A stretch of 64,000 nt of DNA from contig OY969557.1 of NCBI GenBank assembly GCA_963701025.1, forward strand, positions 298,405 to 362,404, in the 5' to 3' direction. The number at the start of each line of letters is the position of its first letter. The stretch's first letter is position 1. The notes below the pieces were generated by a model. That model was given only the letters and a program-made list of their open reading frames with translations, was not told the origin of the DNA and ran no database searches. The stretch is from an uncultured bacterium (GTDB lineage: Bacteria > Patescibacteriota > Minisyncoccia > Phycocordibacterales > PALSA-1337). Of this stretch, positions 18,496 to 28,470 are shown in pieces. Made by a program: the position numbers and the translations under genes.

Positions 18496-18570
18496 TCCGG
18501 GATAGCTCAGCGGTAGAGCGATCGCCTGTTAAGCGATTGGTCGCTGGTTCGAATCCAGCTCCCGGAGCCA
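18496..18570 (+). tRNA. tRNA-Asn(GTT)
   Basis: Cloverleaf: TCCGGGA/TCCCGGA acceptor, ATCGC-CTGTTAA-GCGAT anticodon arm, TTCGAAT T-loop and encoded CCA. Confidence 0.98.
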
Positions 18571-19047
18571 AAGGTCTCTTAATATAACTTTCTTAGATTC
18601 ATTGGGTTTCTTGTGTTTTTTGATTTCTGACTTTCTAAAAATCGCCTGTTTTAGCTTCAAAAGTTCGGCGAAAAGTAGAGAGGGAGTTGATGTTATTATA
18701 ACCCCATCGCTAACCTCGAACCGAGACCAGAAGAAGCCGAGCATGTGGCGTTTCAATGTTGGCGAAGCTTTCTGATACGACCTGTAAATATCTCTCGTAA
18801 AGAGCAGAATGGCCTGTGCCTCGTCAATCTTTACTTCCCTGCTCCGTTCCAAGTCAGATAATTTGCCGTCAATACGCTTTAATTCTGCGACAACCTCTTT
18901 TCGCTTCTCTGAGAACTCGTCGTCAGAGATGACTTTGTCGAAGAGCTTGTTTTGCATGACATTATAGCGTGCATCAAAAGCTGTACGCTGATTGACAAGA
19001 GCCTGCCTCTTTTTGTCATATTCTCTGCGGAATCTGAACATCTTCAC
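18529..19047 (-). pseudogene. C-terminal fragment of a large serine recombinase-like gene ending inside tRNA-Asn
   Basis: Coiled coil (KLFDKVISDDEFSEKRKE) and KRHML motif resembling the C-terminus of the recombinase at 59131..60597. No catalytic domain; AT-richer. Confidence 0.65.
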
Positions 19048-19075
19048 GAGATGGACTTCGGTTCGTCTCTTTTTT
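19048..19075 (+). terminator. Intrinsic terminator downstream of tRNA-Asn and the recombinase fragment
   Basis: GAGATGGAC-TTCG-GTTCGTCTC-TTTTTT. Confidence 0.75.
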
Positions 19076-19093
19076 ATTTCCCCACTATGACCC

Positions 19094-19369
19094 TCACCCC
19101 AGCATGAGCCGTATGGTTGCGCGACAGATGTCGGAGACGAGACCGGCGACCTGCTTATTGTTATCCTCGATCCTGACTTTGGTATTATTCTTGGGAAAGA
19201 AGACGAATTCGCCCTCGATGTAGGCTATCTTCTTGCCGTCCATGCCGAAAGCATCGTTGCCGGAAAAGTAGGCGATCTTCGCGCCGGTGCGGTCGAAGAT
19301 GTGGTCGCCTTCGATCCATCCGATCTTGATGCCGTCGCGCTTGATGTCATTATTGACTATTTGGATCAT
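19094..19369 (-). CDS. Small hypothetical protein with GxKI(G/A)x repeats
   Basis: Three ~15-aa repeats (DGIKIGWIEG, TGAKIAYFSG, DGKKIAYIEG); host-like codon usage. Confidence 0.7.
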   Translation of the reverse strand: MIQIVNNDIKRDGIKIGWIEGDHIFDRTGAKIAYFSGNDAFGMDGKKIAYIEGEFVFFPKNNTKVRIEDNNKQVAGLVSDICRATIRLMLG

Positions 19370-19402
19370 GGCTACAGTATAGCATCCAAGTCGCGGCCTT
19401 TT

Positions 19403-21550
19403 CTACTTCACCAACCCGTAATCCAGAGTCTTCTTGTCGAGATCGGCCGCCAGGACCTTGAACTTGACGGGGTCGCCGAGGGTGAATCTCTTCTTTGTCT
19501 TTTCTCCGGTGATGGAGTAGGTCTTATCGTTGAAGACATAATAGTCGTCGCCGAGATCGCGCATGCCTATCATGCCTTCTGATTTGGTTTCCTTGTCCTC
19601 GACGTATATGCCCCACTTGGCCACGCCGGAGATGACGCCGGCGAAGGCTTGTCCCACGCGAGAGCTCATGTATTCGACCTGCTTCAATTTCTTGGATTCG
19701 CGCTCGGCGATGGCGGCGTCGATCTCGCGCGCGGTCGAACTTTCGGCTATATGCTGGAAGGTCACGATATCGCGGTCGGCGAAGGGTTCATTATGGAGGT
19801 GCTTGGCTAGAACGCGGTGTACGAGCAGATCTGGATAGCGCCGGATCGGGGAGGTGAAGTGAGTATAGAAATCGAAAGCCAAACCGAAGTGCCCGACATT
19901 CTTGGTGGAGTAGACGGCCTTCTGCATGGATCGGATGGCGGCAGTGCGGATGAGAGATTCGTGCGGCGTATCTTCGACCTGGTCAAGCAGGCGATTTAGA
20001 TCACGGGCTGTGACTGTCCCATCTTTGCCTATACGGAGATCATAGCCGAGGGCTTTGGCGAAGGAGGCAAGATCTTTCATCTTATCCTTGTCAGGAGTCT
20101 CGTGGATGCGATATATGGCGCCCGTATCGCGTTTTCCTTTCTTCTTTATGGAATCAAAAATATATCTTGCTACTTCACGGTTGGCCAGGAGCATGAACTC
20201 CTCCACGAGCTTGTGCGTGTCGAGTCGCTCATATGAATATACGCCGACTGGCTTGCCGTCTTTGTCTAGGCGGAACTTGATCTCTTCTTGTTCGAATTCG
20301 ATCGCTCCCTTTGAGAATTTGTCTTTCTTCAATATCTTGGCCAGGCGATTCAGGGCTAGGAGCGGCTCGCGGTGCTTCATGCCTGCCTCGGCGGACGCGG
20401 CAGTCTGTATGCCTTTGGAATATTTTTCAACATTGACCGCAGCCCCGTCGATGACGGATTGGGCGGTCTCATAGGTGAAACGATGGTCGGAATTCATGAC
20501 CGTCCGGCCGAACCAGCGCTCGTGTACATGAGCCTTGTCATCCATGATGAATATAGCCGAGAAGCTCAATTTATCCTCGCGCGGATTGAGACTGCAGACG
20601 TCGTTGGAAAGGATCTCGGGAAGCATGGGAATGGTGCGGTCGACTAGATATATGGAACAGCCGCGCTTGACCGCTTCTTTGTCTAGTGCGCTACCTTCGC
20701 GGACATAATGTGACACATCGGCGATGTGGATGCCGATCTCGTAGAAAGGTTTGACAACATTGGAATCGACGCCGAATTTCTTTGATTCCTCACTGGAAAG
20801 CAATCTGAAAGAGATCGCGTCATCAAAGTCTTTGGCATCAAATGGGTCAATTGTAAATGTGAGCGTTCCTCGAATGTCTCGGCGCTTGGCTATCTCTTCT
20901 GGCGTTATCTTCTTCTCGATCTGTCCGATGCTTTTGGCCTCTTTTTCCACGGCGGACGGGAATGCCATCTCGAATCCCCTTTCGAGGACGATAGATTCCA
21001 TCTCGACGTTGTTGACGCCCTTCTTGCCGAGGATCTTCAATACCTTTCCCTCCGGCAATTTCTTTGGATCAGTCCATGGCGAGATCCTGACAAAAATCTT
21101 GTCGTCTTTTTGGAGCGGCTTGCCATCATCCTTCCGCTTCTTCACTTCATCAGAAGAGATCGAAATATTCACATACATCTTCTTGCTGTCCGGAATGACG
21201 ATACATGTCTGTCCGCCGGACGAATTGCCTTTAGACGCGTTGGAAATAGATTCGAAGTCGACTATGCCCACGAATGTCTCCTTTGCCCGGTTGATGATGC
21301 GCGTTATCGTTCCAACTTTCGTCTTGACGCCGCGGATATTCTTTTCGCTCACGCTAAACTCCACCGTATCGCCATTCAACGCGGTGTTGAGAGCCCCCTC
21401 TTCGATATATACGGAATCCTTTTTCGGATCGGGATCATCTATGTAGCCGGCTCCTTTGCGGGTGGTCGAAACCACGCCTGTAAGAATCCGTTGTCGGCTA
21501 TCATTGTGTGGCCTTTTATCGTTTAAAGGCGTTTTATGAGACGTTTTCAC
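19403..21550 (-). CDS. rnr: Ribonuclease R
   Basis: TIDPFDAKDFDDA, HIADVSHYV, EEFMLLAN, HFTSPIRRYPDL and a C-terminal S1 domain. Confidence 0.96.
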   Translation of the reverse strand: MKTSHKTPLNDKRPHNDSRQRILTGVVSTTRKGAGYIDDPDPKKDSVYIEEGALNTALNGDTVEFSVSEKNIRGVKTKVGTITRIINRAKETFVGIVDFESISNASKGNSSGGQTCIVIPDSKKMYVNISISSDEVKKRKDDGKPLQKDDKIFVRISPWTDPKKLPEGKVLKILGKKGVNNVEMESIVLERGFEMAFPSAVEKEAKSIGQIEKKITPEEIAKRRDIRGTLTFTIDPFDAKDFDDAISFRLLSSEESKKFGVDSNVVKPFYEIGIHIADVSHYVREGSALDKEAVKRGCSIYLVDRTIPMLPEILSNDVCSLNPREDKLSFSAIFIMDDKAHVHERWFGRTVMNSDHRFTYETAQSVIDGAAVNVEKYSKGIQTAASAEAGMKHREPLLALNRLAKILKKDKFSKGAIEFEQEEIKFRLDKDGKPVGVYSYERLDTHKLVEEFMLLANREVARYIFDSIKKKGKRDTGAIYRIHETPDKDKMKDLASFAKALGYDLRIGKDGTVTARDLNRLLDQVEDTPHESLIRTAAIRSMQKAVYSTKNVGHFGLAFDFYTHFTSPIRRYPDLLVHRVLAKHLHNEPFADRDIVTFQHIAESSTAREIDAAIAERESKKLKQVEYMSSRVGQAFAGVISGVAKWGIYVEDKETKSEGMIGMRDLGDDYYVFNDKTYSITGEKTKKRFTLGDPVKFKVLAADLDKKTLDYGLVK

Positions 21551-21590
21551 TGGGCAATGACTATATCACTTCTGCTATAATATCTCCATC

Positions 21591-21809
21591 ATGTCCAAAA
21601 AAACATCGGTTACTGTCTGGGTCATCTTGGGGATCGTCTTTATCATAATCGCGATCTATTATTGGATAACTCCGGCTGGTTCTCTGGCCTCGTTCGTTCC
21701 CGGTTTCGAACCGGGCGTGATGGCCGTCCATTTCAAGCACGGTCTGGCTTCGCTCATCCTCGGTCTGGCGCTCTTCGTCTTCGCCTGGTTCAATGGTGGG
21801 AAGAGGTAG
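21591..21809 (+). CDS. Small two-TM membrane protein
   Basis: Two hydrophobic helices with an HFKHG motif; TATAAT upstream. Confidence 0.75.
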   Translation: MSKKTSVTVWVILGIVFIIIAIYYWITPAGSLASFVPGFEPGVMAVHFKHGLASLILGLALFVFAWFNGGKR

Positions 21810-21810
21810 A

Positions 21811-22698
21811 TTACCTCACCATCACGATAGACACCACCCCAAACACCACGCAGTACAACGCGAACGGCATGAGGGTATGGCTCTTGAAATACTTCGTCAA
21901 AAACTTCACTGAAAGATACGCCGCAATTGCCGAAGCGAATGCGCCGGCGATGATTGGGCCCAACACATTAGATTGCCCGGACAAAGCAAGTTCGGATAAT
22001 TTTAGAACGGCGGCCGCGAAAATAACAGGCGTGGCCAGAAGGAATGAAAATCGCGCCGCGGCTTCATGGTCGAGACCGACTAACAATCCGCCACCGAGAG
22101 TGGCGCCAGTGCGGGAAAATCCGGGAATGAGGGCTAGACATTGGGCGATACCGATCTTAATTGATCGAGCCCATGTAAGTTTAGCTGCTCTACCGTCCAC
22201 ATTCATCTGATTTTCATTGGCATCGGCCGCTACTTGAGTCGCCTTCTTTGGAACCTGGCGCCGCCTCTTATACATTTCCATACCCCACAAAAGCACGCCG
22301 TTGCACACGAGAAAGATCGCGGCGAAACGGGGCGAAGCGAAAAGCGCTTGGAATGATCTTTCGAAGAGGATGCCGACTATGCCGGCTGGGATAGTTCCCA
22401 CTACTATGAGCCAGCCAAGCTTGGCATAGCTATCGTCCTCTCGGATGATCCTCTCCCTCAATGAACGAAACATGCCGGATATAATCTTCAGCCAATCCTT
22501 GGCGAAAAAGCCGAGAAGGACGAGAGCGGTTGCCAGATGCGTCGCGACCAAGAAAGCCAGGAAAAAATCGGCTCCTTGATCTATATGCCAACCGAACAAA
22601 CCCGGCAATATGACGCTGTGGCCTAGGCTCGAGACCGGAAACAGCTCCGTGGCTCCCTGAATGAGCCCAAGGACAAGAGCTTGGATGTATGTCAACAT
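21811..22698 (-). CDS. uppP: Undecaprenyl-diphosphatase
   Basis: GLIQGATELFPVSSLGH, PGFSRTGAT and AARFSFLLATP. Confidence 0.96.
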   Translation of the reverse strand: MLTYIQALVLGLIQGATELFPVSSLGHSVILPGLFGWHIDQGADFFLAFLVATHLATALVLLGFFAKDWLKIISGMFRSLRERIIREDDSYAKLGWLIVVGTIPAGIVGILFERSFQALFASPRFAAIFLVCNGVLLWGMEMYKRRRQVPKKATQVAADANENQMNVDGRAAKLTWARSIKIGIAQCLALIPGFSRTGATLGGGLLVGLDHEAAARFSFLLATPVIFAAAVLKLSELALSGQSNVLGPIIAGAFASAIAAYLSVKFLTKYFKSHTLMPFALYCVVFGVVSIVMVR

Positions 22699-22744
22699 GG
22701 GCGCATTGTAGCACGGAGACCGAGAGGCTATAATAGCTCTACTC

Positions 22745-22915
22745 ATGTCCCCGAAAAGCCTCATCTGGATCGGCGTATTTATCGGCTCGACTGTGGGCAG
22801 TTGCGTCCCTCTCTTGTGGGGAGGAAGCCTTCTCGGCGTCAGCTCTATCGTATGGAGCACGATCGGCGGATTGGCGGGCATCTGGGGAGGATTCAAACTG
22901 TCGAAAATGATCTGA
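22745..22915 (+). CDS. 56-aa Gly-rich membrane protein (not in ORF track)
   Basis: Manual translation MSPKSLIWIGVFIGSTVGSCVPLLWGGSLLGVSSIVWSTIGGLAGIWGGFKLSKMI; TATAAT just upstream. Confidence 0.7.
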   Translation: MSPKSLIWIGVFIGSTVGSCVPLLWGGSLLGVSSIVWSTIGGLAGIWGGFKLSKMI

Positions 22916-22929
22916 TCTCTTCACGACCG

Positions 22930-23616
22930 ATGCAATCTCCCGTCACAACCATCAGAGAGCGTTACACCGCCGCCATCCACGACAAGGGTTTCGGCATATC
23001 CATCGCCGTGGGTATCATTCTCTTGGGGGCTTCTCTCGTCTTCAATTATTTCGCGGCCATATACGCAACCGAGCGCGCTTCGGCGGCCGTAGCCGACATC
23101 ATCCTCTCCAACATACCGGTCTTCGACGTAGACTGGATATTCGTCTTCGGGCCGTTCTTCTTCATGGTCATCATGGCCTGCATCGGCCTGTGGCATCCGA
23201 AAACGCTACCATTCGCAATAAAGAGCGTCGCCGTATTCGTCATCATCCGTTCGAGCTTCATAATGCTCACGCATATCGGGCCGTTCCCCGATCACGCCAT
23301 CATCGACGGCGGCACTCTGCATTTCCTAAACTTCCTGTCTATCAATCCGAATTCATTCCTCTTCTCCACCGGTGCTGACTTGTTCTTCTCCGGACATACC
23401 GGACTGCCCTTCATGCTATCCCTCGTATTCTGGAAGCATCGCCTGATACGGATATTCTGCCTGGCTTGCTCGATATTCTTCGGCATCATCGTCCTTATGG
23501 GGCATCTGCACTATTCTATAGACGTGGCTTCGGCCTTCTTCATCTCCTATACGATATTCATCATAGCCACCAAGGTATTCAAGAGGGATTGGAGCAGGTT
23601 GCTTATGGCTTTTTGA
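22930..23616 (+). CDS. PAP2-superfamily membrane protein (sphingomyelin-synthase-like C-terminus)
   Basis: DLFFSGHT and HLHYSIDV motifs, ~6 TM segments. Confidence 0.82.
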   Translation: MQSPVTTIRERYTAAIHDKGFGISIAVGIILLGASLVFNYFAAIYATERASAAVADIILSNIPVFDVDWIFVFGPFFFMVIMACIGLWHPKTLPFAIKSVAVFVIIRSSFIMLTHIGPFPDHAIIDGGTLHFLNFLSINPNSFLFSTGADLFFSGHTGLPFMLSLVFWKHRLIRIFCLACSIFFGIIVLMGHLHYSIDVASAFFISYTIFIIATKVFKRDWSRLLMAF

Positions 23617-23690
23617 CCTCCGGCTTGACTTATACACAGAAGCCGCGCGGAAATCATGGTCGAAATTTGATATAATCAAGCCAATCACCC

Positions 23691-24054
23691 ATGCAAGCCC
23701 CGAAACCCTATCGCGAAGAGCGGCCGTGGGGGGCGGAATTGTGGGTTAGCCGTGATAAACCTTCCATGGTGAAGGTTCTTACCGTTAATCCGGGACAATC
23801 CTTGAGCCTCCAATATCACGAAAACCGTGACGAGTTCTGGCATGTTCTCTCCGGTACTGGCACCGCTACGGTCGGAGACCAGAAGATTAGCTCTAAATCC
23901 GGGAAGTGACCGATTTGTGCCGCGCGGAACCCGGCACAGATTGGAAACGGGAGATTCTACTCTCGTCATCCTGGAATTGGCCTTCGGCGAGTTCGACGAG
24001 GATGACATCGTCCGCCTGGAGGATCGTTACGGCCGCACCACGAAAAAGACCTAG
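23691..24054 (+). CDS. Cupin, mannose-6-phosphate isomerase type II C-terminal domain (one +1 frameshift near 23888)
   Basis: ERPWG, LSLQYHENRDEFW in one frame; HRL and EDDIVRLEDRYGR in the next frame. Confidence 0.85.
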
Positions 24055-24082
24055 CGAGTATCTATAGCATCGGCATATTCAC

Positions 24083-25186
24083 ATGGATCAAACCGTCCCC
24101 ATTACCACTTCGATCGTCGCTTTTGTCGTCGCGCTGGCAGTGTTCGTCTATATCATCTGCAGACGATGCCGGAGCCCGAAGAGAGAACGGCATATCCGTG
24201 CTCGCCGACCTACGGACAGACCGATGATCTCGCCTCTGGCGCACAGCGAATGGGAGACTCAAGGGACATTCAATCCCGCGGCCATAACGGATGACGAGGG
24301 GAGAGTCCATATCCTATATAGGGCTATCGGCAATGACGGCATTTCCCGCATAGGCTATGCCTCGAGCGGAGATGGTGTGCGCGTCGACGGGAGATCTTCT
24401 TATCCCGTCTTCGCCATGAGCGTCCCCGACCGCGAACTACAACCGGGCACCCGGAGATATGATCCCATCATGTACGCCTCGGGAGGATCGTGGGGAGGTA
24501 CGGAAGATCCGCGGATGGTCCGGATCGGCGACCGGGTCTATATGACGCTGACCGCTTTCGAAGACTGGGGAAACATGAGGATAGCATTGACATCCATCGC
24601 TCTCGAAGACATGAAGAAGCGGCAATGGAAATGGCGCCGCCCCGTTTTCATCTCGCCAAAGAATGCCCGGAGTAAGAACTGGGTCATATTCCCGGAAAAA
24701 GTGAACGGCAAGTACGCCATCCTGCACGGCATTTCCCCGAACATATTGATAGCCTATACGGACAGTCTCGACATCATACCTGCGTTCGCGAGCTCGCCAG
24801 ATCATGGCGGATACGGATACCATGACCGTAGTCGCGAAAAATACTGGGATTCGACCGTCAAAGGCGCCGGGGCGCCCCCGTTGAAGACGAAAGACGGCTG
24901 GCTCCTGCTCTATCACGCCATACACGAGAATAGATACAAAGTCGGGGCCATGTTGCTCGACCTCCATGATCCGACCAAAGTCCTGTATCGCTCGCCCGCG
25001 CCGATATTATTCCCAGAGATGCCTTATGAGAACGACGGCAAGCCGAATATCGTCTACGCCACCGGAGCGGTCGTGAAGGGCGATGATCTCTATATCTACT
25101 ACGGCGGCGGCGACAAACATGTCTGTGTGGCGCAGATGAATCTGGATGAATTGCTCGGCTGGCTGAAGAAATACGGGAAGAATTAG
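24083..25186 (+). CDS. GH130-family glycoside phosphorylase/glycosidase with N-terminal TM helix
   Basis: TFNPAA, EDPR, KNWVIFPEKVNGKY, GWLLLYH and YYGGGD. Confidence 0.9.
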   Translation: MDQTVPITTSIVAFVVALAVFVYIICRRCRSPKRERHIRARRPTDRPMISPLAHSEWETQGTFNPAAITDDEGRVHILYRAIGNDGISRIGYASSGDGVRVDGRSSYPVFAMSVPDRELQPGTRRYDPIMYASGGSWGGTEDPRMVRIGDRVYMTLTAFEDWGNMRIALTSIALEDMKKRQWKWRRPVFISPKNARSKNWVIFPEKVNGKYAILHGISPNILIAYTDSLDIIPAFASSPDHGGYGYHDRSREKYWDSTVKGAGAPPLKTKDGWLLLYHAIHENRYKVGAMLLDLHDPTKVLYRSPAPILFPEMPYENDGKPNIVYATGAVVKGDDLYIYYGGGDKHVCVAQMNLDELLGWLKKYGKN

Positions 25187-25227
25187 AAATTAGATTAATT
25201 AGGTCAATTAGAAATTCTCTTTCCCCC

Positions 25228-27141
25228 ATGTTCACCGTCACCCGTTCTGAGCATAACCCCATACTGTCGCCCAACGAGGAACACCCCTGGGAAGCGGCCG
25301 CGGCGTACAACGGATGTCCCATTGTCGCCGGCAAGAAGACCTATCTCATATACCGCGCCCTGTCGGAGCCGCAACTCCTGAAGGAGCCGCGCATCCGCAT
25401 GTCCGTCATCGGCCGGGCTGTTTCCAACGACAACAAACATTACGGCGAACGACGGATATTGGTGAGCCCGGACAAGGACTTCGACCGTTACGGCTGCGAA
25501 GACCCGCGCGTGACCAAGATCGGCGGGTCGTATTACATCGTCTATACGGCTCTCGGAGGCTTCCCCTTTTCCGCCGACAACATCAAGGTGGCCGTGGCCA
25601 TAAGCGACGATCTCGAGACTGTGCGCGAAAAGCATCTCATCACTCCTTTCAACGCGAAAGGGATGGCTTTTTTTCCGGAAAAGGTGAATGGCAGATACGC
25701 CGCCATCCTAACGGTCAACACCGACCGGCCGCCATCAGACATATGCTATGCCGAAGCCGACCGCATGGAAGACTTCTGGTCCCCGGCTTTCTGGGAAGAA
25801 TGGACGAAGAACCTGGACTCCCACAAGATCCACATACGCCGCCTGTCCAGCGACCATCTGGAGATGGGCGCCGTGCCTTTGAGGACCGACAAGGGTTGGT
25901 TGCTGGTCTATTCGCATATACAGAGATACGGACATAGCGATCAGGTCTTCGGAGTGGAATCGGTGCTTCTCGACCTCAACAACCCGCGCACCGTCATCGG
26001 ACGCACCAAGGGGCCGTTCATGGCCCCGGAGACGTATTACGAACAGACTGGGCTGGTGCCGCACGTTGTCTTCCCCACTGGCGCGCTCATACGCACAAGA
26101 CTCGGCGTCGAGCGGCTGGAGATATACTACGGCGCGGCTGATACGTTCTGCGCCATGGCCGCCATACCGCTCGACAACCTTCTGCGAAGTATAACAGGCG
26201 TCGAAGAGAAGAAGATCGTCCGCTTTCCCGGCAATCCCATCATCGCTCCCCGACCCGGCTTCTTCTGGGAAGAAAAAGGCACCATCAATCCCGCGGCCAT
26301 AGATCTTGGCGGAAAGGTTCACCTTCTCTATCGCGCGGTGTCGGATAAGAATGTTTCCACCCTAGGTTACGCGTCGTCGCATGACGGATTGTCCATCGAC
26401 GAGCGGTCGGACAAGCCGGTCTACCGGTCACGCCTGCCCTTCGAGATGAAACCGGGAAGCGACCGGGATTTCGGTTGCGAGGATCCGCGGATCATGCGGA
26501 TCGGCGATCGGGTCTGCATGACCTACACGGCCTATGACGGCACGACGCCGCGGGTGGCATTCTCATCCATAGGAACGGAAGATTTTCTGGCGAAGAAATG
26601 GGGTGCCTGGTCGGAACCGCGGGTCATCACCCCTCCGGGAGTGGCCAACAAGGACGCCGCCATCCTGCCAGAGACGGTCAACGGAAAATACATGGTCTTC
26701 CATCGCGTACACGAGAGCATATGCGCTGATTTTCTTTCATCCCTGGATTTCACCACCGAGACCGTCGATGAATGCATCGAGATCTTCGATCCGAGGCGCG
26801 GCATGTGGGACGGGGGTAAAGTCGGCATATCCGCCCCGCCGTGGAAGACCAAGAACGGCTGGCTTCTCCTCTATCACGGCGTCTCTTGGTCTACGACTTA
26901 TCGTGTCGGAGCGGTCCTACTCGATCTCAAGGACCCCACTGTCGTCCGGGCTCGCACGGCCATACCGCTCTTCGAACCGGAAGAGGAATACGAGCGCAAG
27001 GGCATGGTGCCGAATGTCGTCTTCCCCTGTGGATTGGTCGTGCGCGGCTCCACGGCCTACATGTACTACGGAGCCGGCGACAGCGTCGTCGGCGTGGCGA
27101 CTGTAAAAGTGTCGACTATATTGAAGATGTTGGAGGTATGA
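25228..27141 (+). CDS. Tandem two-domain GH130-family protein
   Basis: Two copies of NPI..P, GCEDPR, GWLL.Y, VVFP.G and YYGA.D. Confidence 0.9.
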   Translation: MFTVTRSEHNPILSPNEEHPWEAAAAYNGCPIVAGKKTYLIYRALSEPQLLKEPRIRMSVIGRAVSNDNKHYGERRILVSPDKDFDRYGCEDPRVTKIGGSYYIVYTALGGFPFSADNIKVAVAISDDLETVREKHLITPFNAKGMAFFPEKVNGRYAAILTVNTDRPPSDICYAEADRMEDFWSPAFWEEWTKNLDSHKIHIRRLSSDHLEMGAVPLRTDKGWLLVYSHIQRYGHSDQVFGVESVLLDLNNPRTVIGRTKGPFMAPETYYEQTGLVPHVVFPTGALIRTRLGVERLEIYYGAADTFCAMAAIPLDNLLRSITGVEEKKIVRFPGNPIIAPRPGFFWEEKGTINPAAIDLGGKVHLLYRAVSDKNVSTLGYASSHDGLSIDERSDKPVYRSRLPFEMKPGSDRDFGCEDPRIMRIGDRVCMTYTAYDGTTPRVAFSSIGTEDFLAKKWGAWSEPRVITPPGVANKDAAILPETVNGKYMVFHRVHESICADFLSSLDFTTETVDECIEIFDPRRGMWDGGKVGISAPPWKTKNGWLLLYHGVSWSTTYRVGAVLLDLKDPTVVRARTAIPLFEPEEEYERKGMVPNVVFPCGLVVRGSTAYMYYGAGDSVVGVATVKVSTILKMLEV

Positions 27142-27226
27142 AAAGAAACAGCAAAACAGAGGCGTGAAAAAATAAGTATAAAAAAAGCGACGCTATGAGG
27201 GCGCCGCTAGGGTCGGTTATCGGAAG

Positions 27227-28339
27227 TCAGACGAAGTACGGTTTGCAGAGTTCGAGGATCCTGAAGCTACGCGTCTGGATCGGCTCTTCCTTCACCACGT
27301 TCCATACAGCCATCTGCTTATCCGGATCGATTCGAGCCAGAGTGACGGCGTCCTCGAATGCGAGGCTCTCTTCGCCTCCGGGAGTTGGGTGACGAAGCAA
27401 CAGCTTTAACGATTCATGGAGCAGTTCCAGCGATAAGAGCGCGTTTAGCAGTTCTGAATGCTCATTCGACAACCGACAAAGGCCATTGAAGCCGTAACAT
27501 TGGCTACTAAGCAGTGCTCGCATGACCCTCGAGACATTCATCAGACCATAGTTCCCGCCACAATGCTTCTCGACGAACTCCCGAAGCTTGGGGTTCTTGA
27601 TGGCCCGTTCTTCCAGGAATTCCATGTCAGGACGAGGGATTATCGGAGGCCGATTTGGCACAGAAGGCTCGACAACAGTCCTCATCGCCACCATAGGTTG
27701 AGCCAATGGCTTAAGCACTGGCACCGGCACTGGTGCCGACTTTCGGGCCGTAGTGAAACGCGCTATCGTAGCCGGCGACGCTGGTTCGATGGGCTTTTTG
27801 ACGCCATTTGTGGCGTTTTTGAGCAGGCCTCTCGGCAATCTTGACGCCGCAACGGGCGAAAGACTATTCGCGACGACGCGTAAGCGCGTTCGAGAACGAG
27901 CCTCTGCCAAGGCCGCGGATTGCCGCGCCTCTTGGACTTTTCCATCCAGAGGTCGAGTGGCAAGCTCCCAACTGATCCGATCATTTTCATCGCCAAAAGC
28001 GGAGAAGACCGTGATACCGTCAATCGGCGAACGATCTACAAGGATGATGTGTCCGGATTCGAACTGTCTCCTGGTATCCCGATCTTCGCAGGTCATCCTG
28101 AAAGGCATATATCGCTCGTTGGATGTGGGTTCATACTCGAGGACGATCAATTTCCCTTCCTGCGGAGCTTGGGCACTAAACTGCTTGAGATTTTGGGAAG
28201 ATTGGACGATGGATACAAATCCCGCCCTTTCCAAAAGGTCGGTGAGTTCGGAGGCACAATCGCCATCCGTGCCTCCCGAGACTTGTACGGATACGACTTG
28301 CAGAGCGACCGTCTTGGCCGCTGATTTCTTCTTTTTCAT
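27227..28339 (-). CDS. Hypothetical protein with Pro-rich linker and possible ParB-like helical C-terminus
   Basis: 370-aa ORF with atypical codon usage; C-terminal LAFEDAVTLARIDPDKQMAVW. Confidence 0.55.
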   Translation of the reverse strand: MKKKKSAAKTVALQVVSVQVSGGTDGDCASELTDLLERAGFVSIVQSSQNLKQFSAQAPQEGKLIVLEYEPTSNERYMPFRMTCEDRDTRRQFESGHIILVDRSPIDGITVFSAFGDENDRISWELATRPLDGKVQEARQSAALAEARSRTRLRVVANSLSPVAASRLPRGLLKNATNGVKKPIEPASPATIARFTTARKSAPVPVPVLKPLAQPMVAMRTVVEPSVPNRPPIIPRPDMEFLEERAIKNPKLREFVEKHCGGNYGLMNVSRVMRALLSSQCYGFNGLCRLSNEHSELLNALLSLELLHESLKLLLRHPTPGGEESLAFEDAVTLARIDPDKQMAVWNVVKEEPIQTRSFRILELCKPYFV

Positions 28340-28470
28340 AAATCAAAAATCTTTCATTTTGAGGACATATGCCGGTCATATATCCAATGGTTTCCTGCAA
28401 AGACGCTACCATAACGGGCTTGACGGCGCAATCATAAGCCGGCTTTTTCATGCCATGCTATCATTATCGA

